Source: Pyrinomonadaceae bacterium (lineage in GTDB: Bacteria; Acidobacteriota; Blastocatellia; Pyrinomonadales; Pyrinomonadaceae). Taken from it: a DNA stretch of 64,000 nt. The notes under the pieces were generated by a model that worked only from the letters and a program-made list of their open reading frames with translations, did no database searches and was not told the origin of the DNA. Made by a program: the position numbers and the translations under genes. Position 1 is the first letter of the stretch, and every line of letters begins with the position of its first letter. This document shows, in pieces, positions 49,882 to 58,888 of this stretch. The stretch is taken from NCBI GenBank assembly GCA_036387455.1, contig DASVTS010000050.1, forward strand, positions 17,845-81,844. Reading direction: 5' to 3'.

Positions 49882-52178
49882 CCGAACCGCGTCCCCTTCA
49901 TCCCGCCGAGGCGGGCGGGGGCCTGCGCGTGGAGCTGCCTTTGACGGGCATGACGTGCGCCGCGTGCGCGCGCCGCATCGAGCGCAGGCTCCAGAAGGCG
50001 GAGGGCGTGAGCGCCGCGAGCGTCAACTTCGCCACCGAGCGCGCCAGCGTCGAGTACGACCCGGCGCGGACGGGCCTGCGCCGCCTCGTCCGCGTCGTCG
50101 AGGACGTCGGCTACGGCGTGAGCGAGCTGCCGGCCTCGGACTCGGGCGACGGCGTCGGCGGCGCGGAACCGGCGCGAAGCGCCGAGCGCCGCGACCTGCG
50201 GCGACGCTTCACGCTGGCCGCGCTCCTCAGCCTCCCGCTGCTCGCCCTCTCGATGTCGCACGGCGCCGTCGAAGCCTTCGAGGCCGCCCGGGTCAACTGG
50301 CTCCAGCTCGCGCTCGCCGCGCCGGTCGTCCTCTACTGCGGGGCGCCCTTCTTCCGCAACGCCTGGGCCGCGCTCCGCCACGGCGCGGCCGACATGAACA
50401 CGCTCATCGCCACGGGGACGGGCGCGGCCTTCGGCTACTCGGCCGTGGCGACCGCCGCCCCGCGCCTCGTCGCCGCCGCCGGCGGGGGGCACGCCCACGG
50501 CGGCGCGGCCCCCGTCTACTTCGAGGCCGCGGCGGTCATCGTCGCGCTCATCCTGCTCGGGCGTCTGCTCGAAGCGCGCGCCCGCGGGCGCACGGGCGAG
50601 GCCGTGCGGAGGCTCGCCGGGCTTCAGCCGCGCACCGCGCGCGTCGTCCGCGACGACGGCTCGCACGAGGACGTGCCGGCCGAGCATCTCGCGCCGGGCG
50701 ACCTCGTCCTCGTCCGCCCCGGCGAGAGGGTGCCGACCGACGGCGTCGTGACCGAGGGGCGCCCGGCGCTGGACGAGTCCATGCTGACGGGCGAGAGCAT
50801 GCCCGTCGAGAAGGCGCCGGGCGACGAGGTCTTCGGCGCCACCGTCAACCGCGCGGGCGTCTTCCGGTTCCGGGCCACGCGCGTCGGGCGCGACACGGTG
50901 CTCCGGCAGATAGTCCGCATGGTCGAGGAGGCGCAGGGGCGGCGTGCCCCCGTCGCCCGCCTCGCCGACGTCGTCAGCGGCTACTTCACGCCCGCCATCA
51001 TCCTTATCGCCGCGCTCACTTTCGTCGTCTGGTTCGCCGTCTCGCCGCCGGGCGCGCGTCTTTCGACGGCGCTCGTCCGCGCCGTCTCGGTGCTCATCGT
51101 GGCGTGCCCGTGCGCGCTGGGGCTGGCGACGCCGACGGCCGTCATGGTCGGCACGGGCCGCGGCGCCGAGGCCGGCGTCCTCTTCCGCGGCGGCGAGGCG
51201 CTGGAGGCCGCGCAGAAGGTGCGCACCGTCGTGCTCGACAAGACGGGGACGGTCACCGCGGGCGAGCCGGGCGTGGACGACTTCCACGCCGCCGAGGGCT
51301 TCGACGCGGACGAGACGCTGAGGCTCGCCGCCTCGGTCGAGCGCGCGAGCGAGCACCCCCTGGGCGACGCGCTGGTGCGGCACGCGTCGGCGCTCGCGCT
51401 CACGCTCAAGGAGGTCGAGGGCTTCGAGTCGTTCGCGGGGCGGGGCGTCGAAGGTTTGGTGGGTGGCAGGCGCGTCACGGTCGGCGGCGCGAAGCTCCTG
51501 CGCGAGCGCGGCGTAGAGCCCGGGCGCCTCGAAGGACGCGCCGCGGCGCTGGCGGCCGAAGGGAAGACGCCCGTCTACGTCGCTCTGGACGGCCGCGCGG
51601 CCGGCCTCTTCGCCGTCGCCGACCGCGTCAGGCCCGAGTCCGAAGAAACGATAGCCGCGCTCAAGGCTCTCGGCATCGAAGTGCTGATGCTGACGGGCGA
51701 CGACCGGCGCACGGCCGAGACGGTGGCGCGCGCGGTCGGAATCGAGCGCGTGCTGGCCGAGGTGCTGCCCGAGGGCAAGGCCGAGGCGGTGAGGGGCCTT
51801 CAGGCGGAAGGGAAGACGGTGGCGATGGTGGGCGACGGCGTCAACGACGCGCCCGCGCTCGCGCAGGCGGACGTCGGCATCGCGCTGGGGACGGGCTCGG
51901 GCGTGGCGGTCGAGGCGGCCGACGTGACGCTCGTCGGGGGGAGCCTGCGGGGCGTGCCCGCGGCGCTCGCGCTCTCGCGGCGGACGATGCGCGTCATCCG
52001 GCAGAACCTCTTCTGGGCGTTCGCCTACAACGTGGTCGGCGTCCCGCTGGCGGCGGGCGCCTTCTACCCGCTCACGGGCTGGACGCTCACGCCCGTCTTC
52101 GCCAGCGCGGCGATGGCGCTCTCGTCCGTCTCGGTCGTCGCCAACAGCCTGCGCCTGCGCCGCGCGCGGCTCTCGTGA
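49863..52178 (+). CDS. copA: copper-translocating P1B-type ATPase
   Basis: 771 aa with an HMA domain ([12 protein letters not shown]), the TM CPC motif [12 protein letters not shown], the phosphorylation site DKTGTVT and the hinge [10 protein letters not shown]. Confidence 0.95.
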   Translation: MKGEVKAEPRPLHPAEAGGGLRVELPLTGMTCAACARRIERRLQKAEGVSAASVNFATERASVEYDPARTGLRRLVRVVEDVGYGVSELPASDSGDGVGGAEPARSAERRDLRRRFTLAALLSLPLLALSMSHGAVEAFEAARVNWLQLALAAPVVLYCGAPFFRNAWAALRHGAADMNTLIATGTGAAFGYSAVATAAPRLVAAAGGGHAHGGAAPVYFEAAAVIVALILLGRLLEARARGRTGEAVRRLAGLQPRTARVVRDDGSHEDVPAEHLAPGDLVLVRPGERVPTDGVVTEGRPALDESMLTGESMPVEKAPGDEVFGATVNRAGVFRFRATRVGRDTVLRQIVRMVEEAQGRRAPVARLADVVSGYFTPAIILIAALTFVVWFAVSPPGARLSTALVRAVSVLIVACPCALGLATPTAVMVGTGRGAEAGVLFRGGEALEAAQKVRTVVLDKTGTVTAGEPGVDDFHAAEGFDADETLRLAASVERASEHPLGDALVRHASALALTLKEVEGFESFAGRGVEGLVGGRRVTVGGAKLLRERGVEPGRLEGRAAALAAEGKTPVYVALDGRAAGLFAVADRVRPESEETIAALKALGIEVLMLTGDDRRTAETVARAVGIERVLAEVLPEGKAEAVRGLQAEGKTVAMVGDGVNDAPALAQADVGIALGTGSGVAVEAADVTLVGGSLRGVPAALALSRRTMRVIRQNLFWAFAYNVVGVPLAAGAFYPLTGWTLTPVFASAAMALSSVSVVANSLRLRRARLS

Positions 52179-52294
52179 GCGGGCGCGCCGCTTCGGCCTC
52201 GCGGCCCTACTCGTATAAACTCTCCCCCGTGCAAATGAATGTCGGAAGGCCGGGCGCGCGCGTGCGCCCGGAGGTCTAATCGGGGAGGGGAGTC

Positions 52295-53029
52295 TTGATG
52301 AGAACAATGAAGCTCACGGTCGCGTCCGTGCTCGTCGCGTCGGCGGTGTTGTGCGCGGCGCCTTTGGCGGCGGCGCAGGGGAAGAAGGCGGCGCCCGCGC
52401 GGAAGCGTGCGGCCGACGCCGCGCGCCACTCGAACGAGGCGTCGGAAGTCCTGCGCAAGATAATGTCGGTGCCCGAGCGCGCCATCCCGCGCGACCTTCT
52501 GGAGAGTGCGGAGGCGGTCGCCGTCTGCCCCGGCGTGCTCAAGGCCGCCTTCATCGTCGGCGGGCGCAAGGGCGACTGCGTCATCAGCCGCCGCACCGTC
52601 AAGCGCCAGTGGAGCGCGCCCGTCTTCTACAACCTGGCGGGCGGGAGCGTCGGCGTGCAGATCGGCGGCTCGAAGACCGACTACGTGCTGCTGTTCATGA
52701 ACGAGGACGCGCTCAAAGGTCTGATGGGCGACAAGTTCGAGATAGGCGGCGAGGCCGAGGCGACGGCCGGCCCCGTCGGGCGCGCGGCGGGCGCCAGCAC
52801 AAACGCGCGCCTGCAAGCCGGCATCCTCTCCTACTCGCGCAGCAAGGGCGCCTTCCTCGGCGTCTCGCTCAAGGGGGTCGCCATCACGCCGGACAACGAC
52901 CTCAACGAGGCTTTCTACGGCCGCAAGGCCGCGGAGATGGTCAGCGGGCAGGCCGACTCCACCGTCCCCGCCCAGGTGCGCGCGCTCCCCCTCACGCTCG
53001 CACGCTACTCCGTGCGGCTTCCCAACTGA
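52295..53029 (+). CDS. secreted SYLF (Ysc84/DUF500) lipid-binding-domain protein, paralog 1
   Basis: 244 aa with a signal peptide. The landmarks are AEAVAVCPGVLKAAFIVGGRKGDCVISRR...WSAPVFY and ILSYSRSKGAFLGVSLKG. Confidence 0.75.
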   Translation: MMRTMKLTVASVLVASAVLCAAPLAAAQGKKAAPARKRAADAARHSNEASEVLRKIMSVPERAIPRDLLESAEAVAVCPGVLKAAFIVGGRKGDCVISRRTVKRQWSAPVFYNLAGGSVGVQIGGSKTDYVLLFMNEDALKGLMGDKFEIGGEAEATAGPVGRAAGASTNARLQAGILSYSRSKGAFLGVSLKGVAITPDNDLNEAFYGRKAAEMVSGQADSTVPAQVRALPLTLARYSVRLPN

Positions 53030-53058
53030 AGATAGAAACCATGAACGAGGAGATTTGA

Positions 53059-53823
53059 ATGAAGCTTTCGACCCGAATCACCCTGTCGGCGGTCGCGTGC
53101 GCGTTTGCGGCGGCCGCCGTGGTTCTCCCCGCGGACACGCGGGCGCGGCAGGAGGAGCGGCAGCGCAAGGCCACGCGCCCGCCGGCCAACGCGAGCCCCG
53201 GCCAGCAGAAGGACGCCTCGAAGAAGGCCGACTCGGCCTCGCGCGTCTTCGAGCAGGTGATGGGCGCGCCCGACCGCTCGATTCCGAGGGAGCTGCTCGA
53301 CAGGGCGGAGGCCGTGGCCGTCTTCCCCGGCATGCTCAAGGCCGGCTTCGTCGTCGGCGGGCGCGGCGGCAGCGGCGTCATCAGCCGCCGCGTCACCGGC
53401 GGCTGGAGCGCCCCCGCCTTCTTCAAGATGGGCGGCGCCAGCGTCGGCCTCCAGATAGGCGCGGCCCGGACGGACCTCATCCTCCTCTTCATGAACGAGG
53501 ACGCGCTCCGGGGCCTGCTCGAAGACAAGCTCGAAGTGGGCGGCGAGGCGAGCGCCGCCGCGGGCCCCGTCGGCCGCACGGCCAGCGCCAGCACCAACCT
53601 CACGCTCGACGCCGGCATCCTCTCCTACTCGCGCAGCAAGGGGCTCTTCGCCGGCCTTGAGCTGAAGGGCGCGGTCATCAACCCCGACAACAACCTGAAC
53701 GAAGCGCTCTACGGCCTCAAGGCCCGCGAAGTCCTGACGGGGGCGAACAAGGTCTCGATGGCCGACGTCCTCCCCGGCGTCATCGTCTTCCCGAACACGC
53801 TCGCGCGCTACTCCGTCAAGTGA
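53059..53823 (+). CDS. secreted SYLF (Ysc84/DUF500) lipid-binding-domain protein, paralog 2
   Basis: 254 aa and collinear with the preceding gene, with AEAVAVFPGMLKAGFVVGGRGGSGVISRR...WSAPAFF and ILSYSRSKGLFAGLELKG. Confidence 0.75.
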   Translation: MKLSTRITLSAVACAFAAAAVVLPADTRARQEERQRKATRPPANASPGQQKDASKKADSASRVFEQVMGAPDRSIPRELLDRAEAVAVFPGMLKAGFVVGGRGGSGVISRRVTGGWSAPAFFKMGGASVGLQIGAARTDLILLFMNEDALRGLLEDKLEVGGEASAAAGPVGRTASASTNLTLDAGILSYSRSKGLFAGLELKGAVINPDNNLNEALYGLKAREVLTGANKVSMADVLPGVIVFPNTLARYSVK

Positions 53824-53849
53824 GCGGCCCGCGCGGCGGTTGACGAAAC

Positions 53850-53884
53850 GGCCGCCCGCGAGCCTCTGCAACTCGCGGGCGGCC
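53850..53884. terminator. GC-rich hairpin between convergent genes
   Basis: GGCCGCCCGCGAG (53850-53862) pairs perfectly with CTCGCGGGCGGCC (53872-53884) across a 9-nt loop. There is no clear T-run. Confidence 0.45.
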
Positions 53885-54086
53885 GCCGACGTCCGTGCGC
53901 GTGCGACGCCCGCAAGCGCCGCCCGTGATTTCCACGGGCCGGACGTGCACCGGATGTGGGTCGGCCGGCGCGCGTGTGAGAGCGCGCGCCGGCCACGCGG
54001 CATCGTCCGCCGTGCCCTTTCGACAGACGTGCCGTGTAGGGGCGGTGCGGCTGCCCGACGCGCACGCCCCTTTCCTTATTCTTTCC

Positions 54087-54548
54087 TCATTCTTTCGCGT
54101 CCTGCCGCGCCAGCAGGCGCGCGGCCGTGCAGGCGAGGCTGTAGACGCCGCCGGGCTTTCTCAGGTAGGCGTCCACGCCCGCGCGGCGCGCCTCACGCTC
54201 CACCTCTAACGCGGTGAACATGATGATGGGCGTCCGCGCCACGCGCGGGAGACGGCGCGCGTGGCGCGCCAGTTCGACCCCGTCGAGCCCCTTCAGCGCG
54301 AAGTCGAGGATGAGCAGGTCGAAGCGTGCGCCGCCCTCCAGTCTCCCGAGCGCCTCGTCGCCGCGCGCGCAGACCTCCACGCGCCAGCCGGCCGCCTCCA
54401 GCGTCTCCCTCACCGCGTCGGCCACGGCCGTGGCCTCCTCGGCGTAGAGAATCGAGAAACCGCGCCCCGCCGCGGCGGCTCCGCCTTCGGGCGCTCGCGC
54501 CCCGGCGCGGCCGGCGGACGGATTTCGGGCATGAACGGAGAGATTCAT
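54087..54548 (-). CDS. stand-alone response regulator receiver protein
   Basis: 153 aa from the ATG at 54548 (MNLSVHARN...). The receiver landmarks are ILYAEE, FDLLILDFALKGLDG, IIMFTA and AYLRKP. Confidence 0.75.
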   Translation of the reverse strand: MNLSVHARNPSAGRAGARAPEGGAAAAGRGFSILYAEEATAVADAVRETLEAAGWRVEVCARGDEALGRLEGGARFDLLILDFALKGLDGVELARHARRLPRVARTPIIMFTALEVEREARRAGVDAYLRKPGGVYSLACTAARLLARQDAKE

Positions 54549-54935
54549 GTGAGGCTCGCCTTTCCAGGCCCCGATGGCGGGTTCGGGGGCCGACGGCAGA
54601 GCACGTAAAACTGCTCGGGTGTCTCGGTGCGTATGGGCGACCGTCAGGGCGGTCAGAGAGACTTCAACTCCGGAACACACGTTACGGAGTAAGGTCTACG
54701 TTCGTGCGCTACGTGGACGAGGTTAGCTTCCGGCCGGGAGCAAATCAATAAAATAATCCCGCAGGCGCCGCACGCCCCGCGCCTATCTAATAGGGTTACG
54801 GGGTGCTGCAACATTTTCGGCGTCGGGACGGCCTTCGCGGCCCCCTTTAAGGCCCTCCGGAGGGGGTGAAACGGTCGCGCCGCACGACCCTTGCGGGCGC
54901 CCTCTGTCGCGTCGAAGGGCGCGCGGCGATTATCC

Positions 54936-54964
54936 TTGACGCTTCGGCGGCCGCGCCATACAAT
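54936..54964 (+). promoter_or_regulatory. candidate sigma-70-type promoter of lexA
   Basis: TTGACG (54936-54941), 17 nt, TACAAT (54959-54964), lying 85 nt upstream of the lexA ATG. Confidence 0.5.
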
Positions 54965-54987
54965 CGGCCGAGCCCGGCCGAAGCGAG

Positions 54988-54996
54988 TAACAGTTA
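54988..54996. promoter_or_regulatory. small palindrome downstream of the lexA -10 box (possible operator)
   Basis: TAAC-A-GTTA is a perfect 9-bp palindrome 24 nt after the -10 hexamer. It does not match any LexA box consensus I know. Confidence 0.2.
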
Positions 54997-55048
54997 AGCC
55001 CCCGCCTTTGACCCCGGACGCTCACCAAGCTAAGGAGTCTGTAAATCC

Positions 55049-55672
55049 ATGCAACCCCGCACGCAGCGCCAGAGGGAAATCCTCGAATACATCACGCGCT
55101 TCATCGAGCGCCACGGGTACGAGCCCTCTTACGCGCAGATCGCGCGCCACTTCGGCGTCTCGTCGAAGGCGACCATCGCCAAGCACATCGAGGCGCTGGA
55201 GCGGCGCGGGCTCATCTCGCGCCACCGCACCGACGGCGCCTTCGGCCTCACGGTGCAGCACGAGGAGGTGGACGTCGACTCGACCTGCGAGGTGCCTCTG
55301 CTCGGGCGCATCGCGGCCGGCGCGCCCATCGACGTGAGCGACGACCGCGAGACCATCACCGTGCCGCGCTTCCTCCTGGGGCGCGTCCGCCCGACGCGCG
55401 TCTACGCGCTGAGGGTGACGGGCGACTCGATGATTGACGAGCACATCTGCGACGGCGACATCGCGCTGATAGAGAACCGCACGGAGGCGCGCGACGGCGA
55501 GATCGTCGTCGCGCTCGTCGAGGGCGCGAAGGCGACGCTCAAGCGGCTCTACCGCTTCGGCACGGAGGTCGAGCTGCGGCCCGCCAACGCGCAGCACGCG
55601 CCCATCCGCATGCACGCCTCGAAGGTCGCCGTCCAGGGCATCTTCCGCGGGCTGCTGCGCCCGGCGATGTGA
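55049..55672 (+). CDS. lexA: LexA repressor
   Basis: 207 aa with an N-terminal wHTH (ILEYITRFIERHGYEPSYAQIARHFGVSSKATIAKHIEALERRGLI), the cleavage-region/S24 peptidase Ser (VTGDSMID) and Lys (ATLKRL). AAGGAG lies 11 nt upstream of the ATG. Confidence 0.9.
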   Translation: MQPRTQRQREILEYITRFIERHGYEPSYAQIARHFGVSSKATIAKHIEALERRGLISRHRTDGAFGLTVQHEEVDVDSTCEVPLLGRIAAGAPIDVSDDRETITVPRFLLGRVRPTRVYALRVTGDSMIDEHICDGDIALIENRTEARDGEIVVALVEGAKATLKRLYRFGTEVELRPANAQHAPIRMHASKVAVQGIFRGLLRPAM

Positions 55673-55709
55673 GACGCGCGGCCGTCCGAAGGCTTAGCGA
55701 ACCGGTAAA

Positions 55710-55750
55710 GGAAGAGGGGGACGACAGCCGCGCTGTCGTCCCCCTCTTCC
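55710..55750. terminator. bidirectional terminator-like hairpin between lexA and mscL
   Basis: GGAAGAGGGGGACGACAGC (55710-55728) pairs perfectly with GCTGTCGTCCCCCTCTTCC (55732-55750) over 19 bp with a 3-nt loop. Confidence 0.65.
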
Positions 55751-55779
55751 TTCGTATCACCGCCTTCTTCGCCCGCCCT

Positions 55780-56247
55780 TCAGGCCGGCTGTAGCTCGCT
55801 CGTGCACTCGGGGCAGCGCGTGGCCTTGACGGGGATGGCCGAGACGCAGAAGGGGCAGTTCTTCGTCGTCGGCTCCTCGGTCTGCGGGGGCTCGTCGCTC
55901 CAGAGGCGGTTGGCGCGCTTGACGATGAGGAAGATGACGAAGGCGACGATGAGGAAGCTGATGAGGTCGTTGATGAACTGGCCGTAGGCGATGACGGGGA
56001 CGCCGGCGGCCTTCGCCTCGGCGAGCGAGACGGGGTAGCCCTTCGACTTGTCGAGCACCCAGAAGTGGCTGGCGAAGTCTATGCGCCCGGTGAAGAGGCC
56101 GACGACCGGCATGAGCATGCCCTCGACGAGCGAGGTGACGATGCGGGTGAAGGCCGCGCCGATGACGATGCCGACCGCGAGGTCGATGACGTTGCCGCGC
56201 GCGATGAAGTCGCGGAACTCTTTGACGAAGCCTGAGCTTTTTGCCAT
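55780..56247 (-). CDS. mscL: large-conductance mechanosensitive channel with C-terminal zinc-ribbon extension
   Basis: 155 aa. FKEFRDFIARGNVIDLAVGIVIGAAF is the MscL TM1 signature. The extra tail is KNCPFCVSAIPVKATRCPECTSEL (CxxC...CxxC). Confidence 0.9.
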   Translation of the reverse strand: MAKSSGFVKEFRDFIARGNVIDLAVGIVIGAAFTRIVTSLVEGMLMPVVGLFTGRIDFASHFWVLDKSKGYPVSLAEAKAAGVPVIAYGQFINDLISFLIVAFVIFLIVKRANRLWSDEPPQTEEPTTKNCPFCVSAIPVKATRCPECTSELQPA

Positions 56248-56336
56248 TGGGTTGCCTCCGTGGCTGCGGGTCGTGTGGAGCGTCGGGTCTTCTTATGTCA
56301 AAACGTCGGGGGCGTCAAGTCCGAAAATTCCGGGTC

Positions 56337-57395
56337 TCACGGGAAGCGCCGCGCGATGGCGTCGAGCTGCCCGAGGACGCGCGCCTTCTTCGCGGCGGGG
56401 ACGAGCGCGAGCTGCGCGCGGAGCCCGGCCACGCTCCGGCGGAAGCCGGGGCGGTCTTCGCGCGGGACCGCGTAGACGGGGCTCGCCCCGCGCAGGTCTT
56501 CGACGATGTGGCCGAGGGACTCCGAGAGGTTCGAGAGCGCGGCGTCGGCGTGCGCGCCGCGCGGGTAGAGCTTGAGGTAGCGGCCGTTGGTCTCCGACTC
56601 CTTGTAGACGTAGCAGGGCAGGTAGCCCTCGCACTCGCCGGGCAGGGTCGTCTGGGCAGCCTCCCACGCGGCGCGCTCCGCGACGGGGAGGCCGCGGTAC
56701 TTCCGCTCCAGGCCCCAGAGGAGTTCGGAGCGGACGAACCACTGCCCGGCCGGCTCGCTGTAGACAATCTCCCGCTCGTGCTCGGAGACCCAGGACTTGT
56801 AGGGCGGCTTCTCCAAGTCCTCCATGGGCATGTTGGCGAGCGTGCGCGCGAGCGCGACGAGGCGCGTCAGCTCCAGCTCGGCGCGCGCGTCGCGCCGCGT
56901 GACCTCCTTCGTCGCGCGGTCGAGGAAGCGGACGAGCTCCGTCAGCTCGGGGAAGGTGGCGGCGGCGTTGGCGACACGTTCGGCCGCGAGGCGCTGATAG
57001 GTCTCCTCGCGGCGCGCGGGGTCGAAGGGGGCGACGAGGCCGCCGAAGACCCAGCCGCGGGCGCCGCCCGGCGCGGAGACGCGGTGCCAGAAGGCTTCCG
57101 CCGGGCCGACGCGCGACTTCTCGGCCGAACGCTCCAGCTCCTCGACGACGAGGCCGAGCTGGAGCCGGCCGACCTCGGCCGAGGCCGCTTCGGGTCGCTC
57201 GCGCAGGCGCGCGCCCGCGGCCGTCGTGATGAGCGCCCGCCCGGTCGCCTGCGCGGCGCGGGCGCGGGCCGGGGCGTAGGCGTGAGCGGCGAGGAGCGAG
57301 AGGAGGGCGGCCGCGACAAAGCGCACCGCGAGTCGCCACCCCGCGGCGCGCGTGCCGGAGTTTCTGCCTGAAGACAAGTCGTTCGTCCTTCCCAC
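56337..57395 (-). CDS. hypothetical secreted protein (possible SH3b-like N-terminal module)
   Basis: 352 aa with a signal-like segment FVAAALLSLLAAHAYA. An SH3b-like stretch reads GARLRERPEAASAEVGRLQLGLVVEE...WHRVSAPGGARGWVFGGLV. The start codon is uncertain (GTG at 57395). Confidence 0.55.
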   Translation of the reverse strand: MGRTNDLSSGRNSGTRAAGWRLAVRFVAAALLSLLAAHAYAPARARAAQATGRALITTAAGARLRERPEAASAEVGRLQLGLVVEELERSAEKSRVGPAEAFWHRVSAPGGARGWVFGGLVAPFDPARREETYQRLAAERVANAAATFPELTELVRFLDRATKEVTRRDARAELELTRLVALARTLANMPMEDLEKPPYKSWVSEHEREIVYSEPAGQWFVRSELLWGLERKYRGLPVAERAAWEAAQTTLPGECEGYLPCYVYKESETNGRYLKLYPRGAHADAALSNLSESLGHIVEDLRGASPVYAVPREDRPGFRRSVAGLRAQLALVPAAKKARVLGQLDAIARRFP

Positions 57396-57505
57396 CTGGC
57401 GTGACGTATGTAAAGCCCCCGCGCCCGAACGGCGCGAAAAGAGCGAGACACTTTTAGCGTATACTCACGGCCGCCCGCAAACCCTGACCGAAAGGCACTC
57501 GCGCG

Positions 57506-57979
57506 ATGATGAAGATTCGTGCCGTTGCGATAACCGGCGTGACGAAGCGGTGCTGCCGCTGCAAGAGTTTTAAAGACACGAGCGAATTCCACCGCACCGT
57601 GGCGAGGAAAGACGGGCTGCAGGCATACTGCCGCGACTGCAAAAAAATAATTGACAAAGAACACAACGACCGGAACCCGCGCCGTAACTACGAGAACCGG
57701 CGGGCATACGCTTTAAGAAATTTGAGATGGCTGCACGAGTACCTCAAGACGAAGTGTTGTGAGTGGGAGGGCTGCACCGTGAGCGACCCCGACATGCTCG
57801 TGCTCGATCATCTGAATCCGCACGAGAAGCGCGGGCACGTCAGCACGATGGTACACGGCTCTTTCAGTCTTAAGACTGTTCAGGCGGAGGTCGCCAAGTG
57901 CCGTGTGCTGTGCGCCAACCATCACCAGAAGCACACGATTCGGCAGTTCGGTTACAAGAAGTGGCTCCTTGAAGATTGA
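57506..57979 (+). CDS. stand-alone HNH endonuclease (phage-like), in a low-GC islet
   Basis: 157 aa with an N-terminal Cys-rich module (CCRCKSFKDTSEFH...AYCRDCKK). The HNH core is CEWEGC...LVLDHLNPHEKRG...CRVLCANHHQKHT. G+C is visibly lower than in the neighbours. Confidence 0.75.
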   Translation: MMKIRAVAITGVTKRCCRCKSFKDTSEFHRTVARKDGLQAYCRDCKKIIDKEHNDRNPRRNYENRRAYALRNLRWLHEYLKTKCCEWEGCTVSDPDMLVLDHLNPHEKRGHVSTMVHGSFSLKTVQAEVAKCRVLCANHHQKHTIRQFGYKKWLLED

Positions 57980-58035
57980 GGCAAAAATAAAATTGCCGTA
58001 TAACTGGGTCACAGCTATACGGCAACTATAAGTTC

Positions 58036-58111
58036 TGGAGCCACCTTGCGGACTTGAACCGCAGACCTGTCGATTACGAATCGACTGCTCTACCAACTGA
58101 GCTAAGGTGGC
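58036..58111 (-). tRNA. tRNA-Thr (anticodon CGU), CCA encoded
   Basis: The minus strand reads GCCACCT-TA-GCTC-AGTTGGTA-GAGC-A-GTCGA-TTCGTAA-TCGAC-AGGTC-TGCGG-TTCAAGT-CCGCA-AGGTGGC-T-CCA. It is 76 nt with a perfect cloverleaf and anticodon CGT. Confidence 0.95.
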
Positions 58112-58126
58112 TCAATTGATGCGGAG

Positions 58127-58156
58127 ACTATACGGAGACGCCGCGCGTGATGTCAA
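58127..58156 (-). promoter_or_regulatory. near-consensus sigma-70-type promoter for tRNA-Thr
   Basis: On the minus strand this reads TTGACA (58156-58151), 18 nt, TATAGT (58132-58127). The -10 box ends 15 nt before the mature tRNA 5' end. Confidence 0.6.
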
Positions 58157-58191
58157 GTGCGGCCCCGGTTTAAAGACGACGAGGAGCAGCG

Positions 58192-58791
58192 ATGCCAAAG
58201 GATCGAGCTGAAGTCCAGGACCAGTACAAGATCGGCGGCGGTTCGTTGAACGAGTACGAGTACGAGCAGAGCAAGGGCGAGTACGAGGAGCAGGCGCACC
58301 AGACGCCGGAGGAGGCGCCGGTCGAGGGCCTGCGCGGGGCGGCCGAGCCGGGCCTGCCGCAGAACGTGGCCGAGCGCATCCGCCAAGTCGAGGAGCGCGC
58401 GCACGAAATAGTCGAGCGCCGGAGGGCGAAGCAGGGGGGCGGGAAGACCGCCGTGAAGCCCGCCGCCGCGGCGAAGGCGTCCGCGAAGGCGTCGGCGAAG
58501 AAGGCGGCGAAGGGCGCGGCCGGCGGGGCTTCGAAGTCCCGGGCCACGAAGAAGGGCGCGGGCAGGTCGGGCGCGGCGAAGTCCGGCGGCGCCAAGTCCG
58601 GCGGCGCCAGGTCCGGCGCGAAGAAAGGCGGGGCGAATAAAGGCGCGGCCAAAGCCTCTTCGAAAAAGGGCGGCGCCGGAGGCTCTTCTAAGAAAGGTGG
58701 CGCGGCGAAGAAGGCGGGCGGCGCGAAGGGCTCTGGTAAGAAGGCCGGCGCGAAGAAGGGTGCGGCGAAGAAGGCCGGTCCGCGCAGGTAG
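58192..58791 (+). CDS. protein with an acidic N-terminal half and a histone-H1-like Lys/Ala/Gly-rich C-terminal tail
   Basis: 199 aa. The N-terminus is PKDRAEVQDQYKIGGGSLNEYEYEQSKGEYEEQ... The C-terminal 110 aa are AKK/GAKK/SGGAK repeats (KPAAAAKASAKASAKKAAKGAAGG...KKAGAKKGAAKKAGPRR). Confidence 0.65.
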   Translation: MPKDRAEVQDQYKIGGGSLNEYEYEQSKGEYEEQAHQTPEEAPVEGLRGAAEPGLPQNVAERIRQVEERAHEIVERRRAKQGGGKTAVKPAAAAKASAKASAKKAAKGAAGGASKSRATKKGAGRSGAAKSGGAKSGGARSGAKKGGANKGAAKASSKKGGAGGSSKKGGAAKKAGGAKGSGKKAGAKKGAAKKAGPRR

Positions 58792-58888
58792 GCGCGGGCT
58801 CCCGGCTTGAAGCGAGGCCGTGACGCCCGGGAAGCTCAGGGGCGGCGGCCGCGGGTTTTTCGTAGAAGACGAAGGAGCAAGAGGGAAG

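Noticed and set aside
54549-54935. Intergenic region of about 390 nt upstream of the receiver gene and lexA, with an AT-rich patch (CAAATCAATAAAATAATCC, about 54741-54759).
   Set aside because: I found no terminator, conserved RNA motif or convincing ORF. It is probably just divergent promoter space.
57392-57401. CCACCTGGCG at the left boundary of the low-GC islet, resembling CCACCTTGCG in the tRNA-Thr 3' half (58041-58050), as a possible att repeat.
   Set aside because: It matches only 9 of 10 positions. A handful of such matches are expected by chance in 64 kb on two strands, and it overlaps the start region of the 56337-57395 gene. It is worth rechecking only with comparative data.
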